A stretch of DNA of 21,056 nt from Macrostomum lignano (taxonomy: Eukaryota), in NCBI GenBank assembly GCA_002269645.1, contig NIVC01003114.1, forward strand, positions 97,632-118,687, read 5' to 3'. Made by a program: the position numbers and the translations under genes. The notes below the pieces were generated by a model. The model did no database searches, had not been told where the DNA came from, and was given only the letters and a program-made list of their open reading frames with translations. This document shows positions 1-9,270 of the stretch, in pieces. How positions within the stretch are numbered: the stretch's first letter is position 1; each line of letters opens with the position of its first letter.

Positions 1-303
1 CGAGTCTACTGCCGTCTGCTTGATGGCGGCCGCTTGCCTACGCTCCGAGCGCCAAACGGCGAGTCACAGCCTCCGAACTGGGCAGTGAAGCGGGCCAAAT
101 GCCTGCAGCTCAGCGCCTGCACATCCGGCCGCTGGCTGGCCGAGAGCGCGCCTTCGAAATTCTTACGGTGATGGCCGACAGACTGTGGCGCTTAGCGCGA
201 CGACGAAGATTTAGACATGTGGATGAGCGCCTTTCTGGTGGCGCGGGCTGAACGGCGCGGAGGGTCTGGGGCCAATTCTAACACGGGCTGTTCTGTGCAA
301 TAG
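1..303 (+). CDS. 3' end of a probable PH-domain protein, with two apparent frameshifts
   Basis: Frame 1 RVYCRLLDGGR (1-33), frame 3 LAYAPSAKRR...LHIRPLAGRERAFEILTVMADRLWRLA (33-197), frame 1 DDEDLDMWMSAFLVARAE...VQ* (199-303). Joined, these resemble PH beta-strands plus the terminal helix with its invariant Trp. GC/CpG-rich sequence ends at TAG 301-303. Confidence 0.5.
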
Positions 304-367
304 TTTTCTTTTTGCTACCATTGATTGCTGCTTTTAGCTGGCTTTAGTAACATTTTCTTGTCGAGAT

Positions 368-790
368 CAATCAGCGACTAGCTGGATTCTCCCTGCTGAC
401 TAATCAGCGACTAGCTGGATTCTCCCTGCTGACCAATCAGCGACTAGTTGGATTTTCCCTGCTGACCAATAAGCGAATAGCTGGATTCTCCCTGCTGACC
501 AATCAGCGACTAGCTGGATTTTCCCTGCTGACCAATCAGCGAATAGCTGGATTCTCCCTGCTGACCAATGAGCGACTAGCTGGATTCTCCCTGCTGACCA
601 ATCAGCGACTATTGGTCAGCATTGGTCAGCTCACTGCTGACCAATCAGCGAATAGCTGGATTCTCCCTGCTGACCAATCAGCGACTAGCTGGATTCTTCC
701 TGCTGACCAATCAGCGACTAGTTGGATTTTCCCTGCTGACCAATCAGCGAATAGCTGGATTCTCCCTGCTGACCAATCAGCGAATAGTTG
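368..790. repeat. 33-bp minisatellite, about 12 copies (AATCAGCGACTAGCTGGATTCTCCCTGCTGACC)
   Basis: Directly visible tandem units; interrupted at 611-634 by inverted pieces. Confidence 0.97.
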
Positions 791-1747
791 AAGTTTCTCT
801 AAATTTTACATATATTTGTTTTCGTCCATGTTTTACTGTAAATCTCTTTTTAGAGTTCTGTTGATAATTTGCTAGGTAACATTCCAGTGTCGCAGTTTTA
901 TTAATAATTAATGTACTCCGTGCCACAATAATGAATTTTTTCTTGTGCTTGCTTTTGCCACCATACGCTTGTCGTGTTGCGACCTCTACGAGTCGTAAAA
1001 ATGTTTTTTCTTTTGCTGAAAATTACGAATAATAGTGTAATTCTGTCCGTCCCTATCTAATGCACATTTCTTGTTATCCTACTCTTCTACTGTCTAGGAA
1101 TTTACGAGTAGTATCTGTTGTGTTTTGTTTTCTGTATTAAAATTTGTTGACTGGTAATTATATCAGACTTTTGAAAACTTTTTCAGATCAAATGTTCTCT
1201 TGAAAGCTAATATCCCCGAGCTTTGTTCATACAATGGATGACTTTTTTCGTATAGAAATCATGCTGACTCCGCCCCTGCCATGACCAGACAGAACAATAT
1301 AATGCAATATAATGCAATATTTCAATTCAGCTTGCAGTTCACGCCTCAGTAAAAAACTCTTCAATGAGAACTGTAATCCGATATACTTAATATCACATAA
1401 AATCTGCGATTACATAATTAGGTAAATTAATTATTATTAGTATATTCGCATCGCGAACTGGATCATTAAACTGAGCAAAGCGCATCTCTTAGACAGGAAC
1501 TGATGAAAAATGAGAATGATATTTACACTGGAGAGACCAAGAAATGCAACACAACAATATTCCTAACTAAGAAGCTTCAAGAAGATTTGAGGCTAAAAGC
1601 AAAATAAAGGCTGCGTGTACTAACCCGACAAATCCTGCTTAACTTTTAGCGTTGAAGTCTGTAGCCATAGCCACTAAAATAAACGAATGCTTTAGCGGCA
1701 AAAATGCTCGCTAGCTACTATCAGTAGTTAAAAATATCTAAAATGAG

Positions 1748-1972
1748 TCATTCGACTCCGTGCGCGAATATCATCACAATGCCAGGCTCCAGCATCAGGC
1801 TGGGAGGCATGTGGCGATTCTCGCAGGCCAACAGCAGCACCGCCTGCTTGCCGGGCACCCGGCGAATCACGTAGCTGTCGTATTGGCGCCGGTTGGTCTG
1901 CCGCTGCTCCAGGGAGGCAACGCCGTCTGGCCAGCCGCGCTCGTGCGCTCGTCCATCAGCTCGGTTAGTAGC
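1748..1972 (-). CDS. RNF41: RNF41/NRDP1 exon 3 (C-terminal substrate/USP8-binding domain), with a 1-nt frameshift near 1950
   Basis: Acceptor CCCGCAG ends at 1973. Reads LLTELMD/AHERGWPDGVASLEQRQTNRRQYDSYVIRRVPGKQAVLLLACENRHMPPSLMLEPGIVMIFAHGVE*, matching the NRDP1 C-terminus (AHERSWP...EPGLVMIFAHGVE). Stop at 1748-1750. Confidence 0.93.
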   Translation of the reverse strand, partial: ATNRADGRAHERGWPDGVASLEQRQTNRRQYDSYVIRRVPGKQAVLLLACENRHMPPSLMLEPGIVMIFAHGVE

Positions 1973-2093
1973 CTGCGGGTTGCCGAAGTTTTGTATAGCA
2001 GCAAAGTAGCTAAACTCTTATACTGCTGCTGTCAGGAGTAAAACAGTAGTATGTGGGTGCATACTGTATTTTACAGTGCCTTTTAGGACTTTT

Positions 2094-2689
2094 ACAGCAG
2101 AGCACACAGCCCATGGCCCTCCAGTCACACAGCAGAGCACACAGTCCATGGCCCTCTAGTCACACAGCAGAGCACACAGTCTATGGCCTCCCCAGTCACA
2201 CAGCAGAGCACACAGTCTATGGCCTCCCCAGTCACACAGCAGAGCACACAGTCTATGGCCTCCCCAGTCACACAGCAGAGCACACAGTCTATGGCCTCCC
2301 CAGTCACACAGCAGAGCACACAGTCTATGGCCTCCCCAGTCACACAGCAGAGCACACAGTCTATGACCTCCCCAGTCACACAGCAGAGCACACAGTCTAT
2401 GGCCTCCCCAGTCACACAGCAGAGCACACAGTCTATGGCCTCCCCAGTCACACAGCAGAGCACACAGTCTATGGCCTCCCCAGTCACACAGCAGAGCACA
2501 CAGTCTATGGCCTCCCCAGTCACACAGCAGAGCACACAGTCTATGGCCTCCCCAGTCACACAGCAGAGCACACAGTCTATGGCCTCCCCAGTCACACAGC
2601 AGAGCACACAGTCTATGGCCTCCCCAGTCACACAGCAGAGCACACAGTCTATGGCCTCCCCAGTCACACAGCAGAGCAGTCTATGGCCT
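2094..2689. repeat. 36-bp minisatellite, about 16 copies, in RNF41 intron 2 (1973-2692)
   Basis: Unit CAGTCACACAGCAGAGCACACAGTCTATGGCCTCCC; begins a few nt after the GT donor at 2692-2691. Confidence 0.97.
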
Positions 2690-2692
2690 AAC

Positions 2693-3014
2693 CTGCTCGG
2701 ACAGCCAGTCTCGGCCAGCGACCGGCGCACCACGGCCTGCAGCACCAGGTCTGGTGTGGAGATGACGCCGCCCCAGCGGGCTACCCGCGCCAGCCGAAGG
2801 CTACGCGCCCAGGCCAGCTGAAGGCTCTCATCGCCAGCCATTGAGGCGTCCCGGCCGCTGATGGCAGGGCGGAGCGAGAGGGCAGCGGGGCCGGCGGGGA
2901 GATGCCGGCAGATAGCAGCTGCCTGCGAAGGTCGTGCACAGCTTGACGGAGCTCCGCCTGCTCGCAGCGCAGCTGGGAGACGATTTTGCTGTTTTTCTGC
3001 AATGCCGGGGAGGC
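2693..3014 (-). CDS. RNF41: RNF41/NRDP1 exon 2 (coiled coil and start of the C-terminal domain), with a frameshift around 2850-2910
   Basis: SKIVSQLRCEQAELRQAVHDLRRQLL in one frame, then DESLQLAWARSLRLARVARWGGVISTPDLVLQAVVRRSLAETGCPS in another (NRDP1 ARVTRWGGMISTPD). Acceptor AG ends at 3015 (alternative 2997); donor AG|GTTAGG at 2693/2692. Confidence 0.88.
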
Positions 3015-3019
3015 CTGGG

Positions 3020-3478
3020 CATCTGGGAGGCTGACCCAGCAACTGGGGATCTGGGAGGCTGCCCAGCAACTGACACTCTGGGAGGCTGGCCCAGCAACTG
3101 AGGATCTGGGAGGCTGGCCCAGCAACTGACACTCTGGGAGGCCGGCCCAGCAACTGGGGATCTGGGAGGCTGGCCCAGCAACTGGGGATCTGGGAGGCTG
3201 GCCCAGCAACTGGGGATCTGGGAGGCTGGCCCAGCAACTGGGGATCTGGGAGGCTGGCCCAGCAACTGGGGATCTGGGAGGCTGGCCCAGCAACTGAGGA
3301 TCTGGGAGGCTGGCCCAGCAACTCCGGATCTGGGAGGCTGGCCCAGCAACTCCGGATCTGGGAGGCTGGCTCAGCAACTGAGGATCTGGGAGGCTGGCCC
3401 AGCAACTGAGGATCTGGGAGGCTGGCCCAGCAACTGAGGATCTGGGAGGCTGGCGCAGCAACTCCGGATCTGGGAGCC
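3020..3478. repeat. 28-bp minisatellite, about 16 copies, filling RNF41 intron 1 (3015-3482)
   Basis: Unit GATCTGGGAGGCTGGCCCAGCAACTGGG, with ACTGAG/ACTCCG/ACTGACACT variants. Confidence 0.96.
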
Positions 3479-3482
3479 TCAC

Positions 3483-3923
3483 CGCCTGAATGTCGTCAAC
3501 AAGGAGCCGCAGTGCCCGCACGCAGCAGTGCTCAGCCAGCTGGTCGCTGGGCACCATGAGGCCGCAGCCGCTGCCGCAGGGCACGGGCCTGCTGGGATTG
3601 TACTCGCACTGGGCTGCGTGCTGAGCAGCTGAGGCCAGCTTGACCCGGGCGCCGCAGCCCAGCTGCTGGAAATCGCAGGCCACGTCGAGCCGGCTGAGCA
3701 GGTTGCGCAGAATTCTTGGCGCCGGTTTCAAATGCAGCGACAGCAACGGCTGCCGGTCAATGGGGCAGGTGGGGTTCAGCCGCAGCCACTGGTCGATGCA
3801 GCCGGTGCAGAAGGTGTGCTCGCAGTCCGGCGCCTGTACCGGAGCGTCCAGCACCCCGCCGCAGATCGGGCAGATCAGCTCTTCGTCCACTTCGCCTTCG
3901 AATCTCGCCAGCTCGAATCCCAT
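3483..3923 (-). CDS. RNF41: RNF41/NRDP1 E3 ubiquitin ligase exon 1 (C3HC4 RING plus SINA/TRAF-type zinc finger)
   Basis: MGFELARFEGEVDEELICPICGGVLDAPVQAPDCEHTFCTGCIDQWL...CPIDR...PRILRNLLSRLDVACD...CEYNPSRPVPC aligns to NRDP1 MGYDVTRFQGDVDEDLICPIC. ATG at 3923-3921; phase-0 donor GTGAGG at 3482. Confidence 0.95.
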
Positions 3924-3987
3924 GGCTGCGAGATTTGGGGAGCTGAGGACTGCAATCATCAGATGCAACCTAAGTTGCTCCCTGCAA

Positions 3988-4884
3988 CCTAACACTATCT
4001 GACACTGTGTCTGACACTACCTAACACTATCTGACACTGTGTCTGACACTACCTAACACTATCTGACACTGTGTCTGACACTACCTAACACTATCTGACA
4101 CTGTGTCTGACACTACCTAACACTATCTGACACTGTCTGACACTACCTAACACTATCTGACACTGTGTCTGACACTACCTAACACTATCTGACACTGTGT
4201 CTGACACTACCTAACACTATCTGACACTGTGTCTGACACTACCTAACACTATCTGACACTGTGTCTGACACTACCTAACACTATCTGACACTGTGTCTGA
4301 CACTACCTAACACTATCTGACACTGTGTCTGACACTACCTAACACTATCTGACACTGTCTGACACTACCTAACACTATCTGACACTGTGTCTGACACTAC
4401 CTAACACTATCTGACACTGTGTCTGACACTACCTAACACTATCTGACACTGTGTCTGACACTACCTAACACTATCTGACACTGTGTCTGACACTACCTAA
4501 CACTATCTGACACTGTGTCTGACACTACCTAACACTATCTGACACTGTGTCTGACACTACCTAACACTATCTGACACTGTGTCTGACACTACCTAACACT
4601 ATCTGACACTGTCTGACACTACCTAACACTATCTGACACTGTGTCTGACACTACCTAACACTATCTGACACTACCTAACACTATCTGACACTGTGTCTGA
4701 CACTACCTAACACTATCTGACACTGTCTGACACTACCTAACACTATCTGACACTGTGTCTGACACTACCTAACACTATCTGACACTGTCTGACACTACCT
4801 ACTACCTAACACTACGCTCGTATCTGACACTATCTGAAACTGTACCTAACACTCTGAAACTAATGTCTGACACTATCTGACACT
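3988..4884. repeat. 32-bp minisatellite, about 26 copies (some 30-bp variants), with a degenerate tail at 4815-4884
   Basis: Unit CTAACACTATCTGACACTGTGTCTGACACTAC, built from three related 10-12-mers. Confidence 0.97.
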
Positions 4885-4987
4885 TAAGCAACAAAAAAAA
4901 CAATTCAAAACAGAAAAAAACTTGTCCAAGCCTCAATACAAGCCAGTTAGTTGAGCACAAAACTGACATGGCGTATTCTATCGCTAA

Positions 4988-4993
4988 TTTATT
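4988..4993 (-). terminator. Putative polyadenylation signal (AATAAA) of RPS11
   Basis: AATAAA about 85 nt after the RPS11 stop, followed by a U-rich tract at about 4900-4925 on the minus strand. Confidence 0.55.
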
Positions 4994-5075
4994 TAATTGC
5001 CATGGCAACACAATCTGCCCCAACTCTGCAAACAAATTCCATTTGCCACACACACTAAATCAGTCAAAAGTTATT

Positions 5076-5522
5076 TTAAAACTTTTGAAACGAAGTCTTC
5101 TTACTGCCGCCGCGAGCTTTGCTGACTTTGATCACATTGAATGAGACCGTCTTGGACAGCGGCCGGCACTCGCCAACCGTCACAATGTCGCCGAGTTCAA
5201 CGTCGCGAAAGCAGGGCGACAGGTGCACGGACATGTTCTTGTGCCGCTTCTCGTAGCGCTGGTACTTTTGCACAAAGTGCAGATAATCCCTGCGGATCAC
5301 GATGGTGCGCTGCATCTTCATCTTGGTGACCACGCCAGTGAATATGCGGCCGCGGATGTGAACGTTGCCAGTGAATGGGCACTTCTTGTCAACGTAGCTG
5401 CCTTCGATGGCTTCGCGCGGCGTTTTGAAGCCGAGGCCGACATTCTTCACGTAGTGATTGCGGCGGCCCTTCTTGCCGCGCACCTCCTGCTTCTGGAAGG
5501 CTCGCTCGTTCAGTTCGGCCAT
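5076..5522 (-). CDS. RPS11: 40S ribosomal protein S11 (uS17), CDS without introns, 148 aa
   Basis: [74 protein letters not shown]...FQKF; uninterrupted ORF. Confidence 0.97.
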   Translation of the reverse strand: MAELNERAFQKQEVRGKKGRRNHYVKNVGLGFKTPREAIEGSYVDKKCPFTGNVHIRGRIFTGVVTKMKMQRTIVIRRDYLHFVQKYQRYEKRHKNMSVHLSPCFRDVELGDIVTVGECRPLSKTVSFNVIKVSKARGGSKKTSFQKF

Positions 5523-5588
5523 GGCTGACTAGGGATTTTCTTAGTTGCTAGGGGCGCTGAAATGAGTGCAGATCGACGCTGCTGAATT

Positions 5589-6515
5589 GCGATTCTTTGG
5601 CTGAGGGGCGATTCTTTAGAGTTGGCTGAGGGGCGATTCTTTAGAGTTGGCTGAGGGGCGATTCTTTAGAGTTGGCTGAGGGGCGATTCTTTAGAGTTGG
5701 CTGAGGGGCGATTCTTTAGAGTTGGCTGAGGGGCGATTCTTTAGAGTTGGCTGAGGGGCGATTCTTTAGAGTTGGCTGAGGGGCGATTCTTTAGAGTTGG
5801 CTGAGGGGCGATTCTTTAGAGTTGGCTGAGGGGCGATTCTTTAGAGTTGGCTGAGGGGCGATTCTTTAGAGTTGGCTGAGGGGCGATTCTTTAGAGTTTG
5901 ATGAAGGGTAATTCTTTAGAGTTGGCTGAGGGGCGAATCTTTTGAGATGGCTGAGGGGCGATTCTTTAGAGATGGCTGAGGGGCGATTCTTTAGAGTTGG
6001 CTGAGGGGCGATTCTTTAGAGTTGGCTGAGGGGCGATTCTTTAGAGTTGGCTGAGGGGCGATTCTTTAGAGTTGGCTGAGGGGCGATTCTTTAGAATTGG
6101 CTGAGGGGCGATTCTTTAGAGATGGCTGAGGGGCGATTCTTTAGAATTGGCTGAGGGGCGATTCTTTAGAGATGGCTGAGGGGCGATTCTTTAGAGTTGG
6201 CTGAGGGGCGATTCTTTAGAGTTGGCTGAGGGGCGATTCTTTAGAGTTGGCTGGGGGGCGATTCTTTAGATTTGGCTGAGGGGCGATTCTTTAGATTTGG
6301 CTGAGGGGCGATTCTTTAGTATTGGCTGAGGGGCGATTCTTTAGAATTGGCTGAGGGGCGATTCTTTAGAATTGGCTGAGGGGCGATTCTTTAGAGTTGG
6401 CTGAGGGGCGATTCTTTAGAGATTGATGAAGGGTAATTCTTTAGAGTTGGCTGAGGGGCGATTCTTTAGAGATGGCTGAGGGGCGATTCTTTAGAGTTGG
6501 CTGAGGGGCGATTAG
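5589..6515. repeat. 25-bp minisatellite, about 37 copies, upstream of the RPS11 ATG (possibly in a 5'-UTR intron, 5529-6555)
   Basis: Unit GGCTGAGGGGCGATTCTTTAGAGTT; on the minus strand, a GTGAGT donor at 6555-6550 and an acceptor CCCTAG ending at 5529. Confidence 0.96.
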
Positions 6516-7019
6516 AAGTTCAAATGAGACGCCAGACTTGAGCACATGTACTCACTCAGAATGTTAAAAATCGTTCATTTATATTTTATATTTTAACGGA
6601 ACCAGATTTCAAACAGTATTTAGTTGGTGGAGCAGGCAAGGCGAAGATGATAGATAGTTAAGGTATGAATAAAACTGAAATGATAGTTAGATCGCTAAAA
6701 CTACTACTGACAGTAGCACAGTAGATTTATTAACTGAGTAGCCAGATATGAAAGTGCAAACCAGACACTGCAAAAGACAAATAACAGGGCATGCATTCTA
6801 TTAAGCTAAAAATTAATATTAAATAACTATTGGTAAAGCAGATTTGTTTTTTAGTTGATCAGCTAAAAGCATTTTTGTTTTGCTATTAACCTGTGTAAAA
6901 GCAGTGTTTCAATATTCAAATAGGACATGTTGAAAAATGGTCTAGTCCAGAATATAACACACAAGGAGCTTTGCATGTAATTAATTATTATAATTATGAT
7001 TTGTTCCTGCTTAGATAAA

Positions 7020-7985
7020 AGTGCGCCCATGTCTACAATATTCATGGCGCCAAAACCCCATGTTTATAGTATTCAAGGCGCCAAAACCCCATGTCTACAA
7101 TATTCATGGCGCCAAAACCCCATGTCTACAATATTCATGGCGCCAAAACCCCATGTCTACAATATTCATGGCGCCAAAACCCCATGTCTACAATATTCAT
7201 GGCGCTAAAACCCCATGTCTACAATATTCATGGCGCCAAAACCCCATGTCTACAATATTCATGGCGCCAAAACCCCATGTCTACAATATTCATGGCGCCA
7301 AAACCCCATGTCTACAATATTCATGGCGCCAAAACCCCATGTCTACAATATTCATGGCGCCAAAACCCCATGTCTACAATATTCATGGCGCCAAAACCCC
7401 ATGTCTACAATATTCATGGCGCCAAAACCCCATGTCTACAATATTCATGGCGCCAAAACCCCATGTCTACAATATTCATGGCGCCAAAACCCCATGTCTA
7501 CAATATTCATGGCGCCAAAACCCCATGTCTACAATATTCATGGCGCCAAAACCCCATGTCTACAATATTCATGGCGCCAAAACCCCATGTCTACAATATT
7601 CATGGCGCCAAAACCCCATGTCTACAATATTCATGGCGCCAAAACCCCATGTCTACAATATTCATGGCGCCAAAACCCCATGTCTACAATATTCATGGCG
7701 CCAAAACCCCATGTCTACAATATTCATGGCGCCAAAACCCCATGTCTACAATATTCATGGCGCCAAAACCCATGTCTACAATATTCATGGCGCCAAAACC
7801 CCATGTCTACAATATTCATGGCGCCAAAACCCCATGTCTACAAAATTCATGGCGCCAAAACCCCATGTCTACAATATTCATGGCGCCAAAACCCCATGTC
7901 TACAATATTCATGGCGCCAAAACCCCATGTCTACAATATTCATGGCGCCAAAACACGACTTCTAAACATTTGGCGCCAAAACTCC
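7020..7985. repeat. 31-bp minisatellite, about 30 copies, between the BAG gene 3' end and RPS11
   Basis: Unit CATGGCGCCAAAACCCCATGTCTACAATATT; degenerate ends. Confidence 0.97.
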
Positions 7986-8111
7986 ACGTCTTCAAATGGA
8001 TGCCTTCCTTTAAAAAAACAGCATTCTTTAATTAGCACGGCTAAGGAACAAAATACGCTAATTCTTAGGTAGGAATAATTTGTATCAAAGGTTAATAAAG
8101 GTAATAGAAAA

Positions 8112-8289
8112 TCAGTTAGCCTGCTGTTGCTGCTCAGTAGAGGAAGAATCGGAAGAACCAGCTGCATTGGCGGCCGCTTTCATCTCCAGATAGTCTAGCA
8201 GAGACTGGATGTACTGCACACAGGCTTTCCTGGCATCGCGCACGTCCGACTCTCCAGCGGATTCGATAGCGTCAAGCTTCATCATGAGT
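8112..8289 (-). CDS. BAG3: BAG3-like co-chaperone exon 4 (BAG domain helices 2-3)
   Basis: Acceptor TTCGCAG ends at 8290; R|LMMKLDAIESAGESDVRDARKACVQYIQSLLDYLEMKA...QQAN*; stop at 8112-8114; ATTAAA at 8027-8032 (minus strand). Confidence 0.88.
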
Positions 8290-8453
8290 CTGCGAAATAT
8301 GCAATATTAAGTATTATGATTGCTCTGGAGAACGCATCGTGCTGAATGGGTTTTCGGTTGATAAAAAATCCAATTTCTCGAGAGCATACTAAATGCATTG
8401 TTGATACAAGTACACCTTCCTTATCTGCCTTCAGATCATTTCTAAGGAATTCG

Positions 8454-8886
8454 ATGAGTGCCTGCAGCGCCAAAATGAGTGCCTGCAGCGCTAAAATGAG
8501 TGCCTGCAGCGCCAAAATGAGTGCCTGCGGCGCCAAAATGAGTGCCTGCTCCGCCAAAATGAGTGCCTGCTCCGCCAAAATGAGTGCCTGCGGCGCCAAA
8601 ATGAGTGCCTGCGGCGCCAAAATGAGTGCCTGCTCCGCCAAAATGAGTGTCTGCTCCGCCAAAATGAGTGCCTGCGGCGCCAAAATGAGTGCCTGCGGCG
8701 CCAAAATGAGTGCCTGCGGCGCCAAAATGAGTGCCTGCTCCGCCAAAATGAGTGCCTGCGGCGCCAAAATGAGTGCCTGCAGCGGCAGAATGAGTGCCTG
8801 CGGCGCCAAAATGAGTGCCTGCAGCGCCAAAATGAGTGCCTGCGGCGCCATAATGAGTGCATGCGGCGCCAAAATGAGTGCCTGCC
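8454..8886. repeat. 21-bp minisatellite, about 20 copies, in BAG intron 3 (8290-8946)
   Basis: Unit GCCAAAATGAGTGCCTGC(GGC/AGC/TCC). Confidence 0.96.
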
Positions 8887-8946
8887 TGTGGCGCCCCTGC
8901 TGCGAGTTAACTAAGTCAGTATATTCGACTAAACTCATTGCTTCAC

Positions 8947-9122
8947 CTGGTTAGAGTCTCCTCCAACAGTCGGTACTGTTTCTCTTCGGGCCCGCCAGCG
9001 TAGGCCTTGATGTCGGTCTCAAGTCGTCGGCTCTCTGCTTCGACCGCTTGGATTCGTTCGAGCGCGCTCTGCACTATGGGAGAGGGCGAGCGGCTGCGAG
9101 CGGCTGCGTGAGGGCCGTCCAC
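8947..9122 (-). CDS. BAG3: BAG3-like exon 3 (BAG domain helix 1)
   Basis: VDGPHAAARSRSPSPIVQSALERIQAVEAESRRLETDIKAYAGGPEEKQYRLLEETLT; acceptor GGCAG ends at 9123; phase-2 donor AG|GTGAAG at 8946 joins exon 4 in frame. Confidence 0.87.
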
Positions 9123-9270
9123 CTGCCGAGTGTTGTAAGTGCGTTTTGACAAAACTATAAATTCGATATGCTTGGTAGGAAGGGTCGCTAACTGAGCAGT
9201 GCTGGTTGTGATCGCTGTGAGGTCCACATTCCACCAGACATCATAAATTACACACAATGTCAAGACAAAC

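Noticed and set aside
622-864. 80-aa ORF (LTNQRIAGFSL)n, and likewise ORFs 11207-11497 and 13623-13835
   Set aside because: Minisatellite translation
2039-2076. Imperfect hairpin GTAAAACAGTAGTATG...CATACTGTATTTTAC in RNF41 intron 2
   Set aside because: Short, AT-rich and mismatched; no support for a structured RNA
2053-3405. Long ORFs over the 36-bp and 28-bp arrays (212-426 aa)
   Set aside because: Stop-free repeat translations inside introns defined by GT-AG sites and NRDP1 homology
1760-5528. Plus-strand ORFs at 1760, 3640, 3716, 3732, 5141 and 5223
   Set aside because: Antisense shadows of GC-rich RNF41 and RPS11 exons
6996-8954. Repetitive ORFs (MSTIFMAPKPH..., MSACGAK..., QALILAP..., WRRRHSF...)
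   Set aside because: Open in several frames and strands merely because the units lack stops; no coding signature
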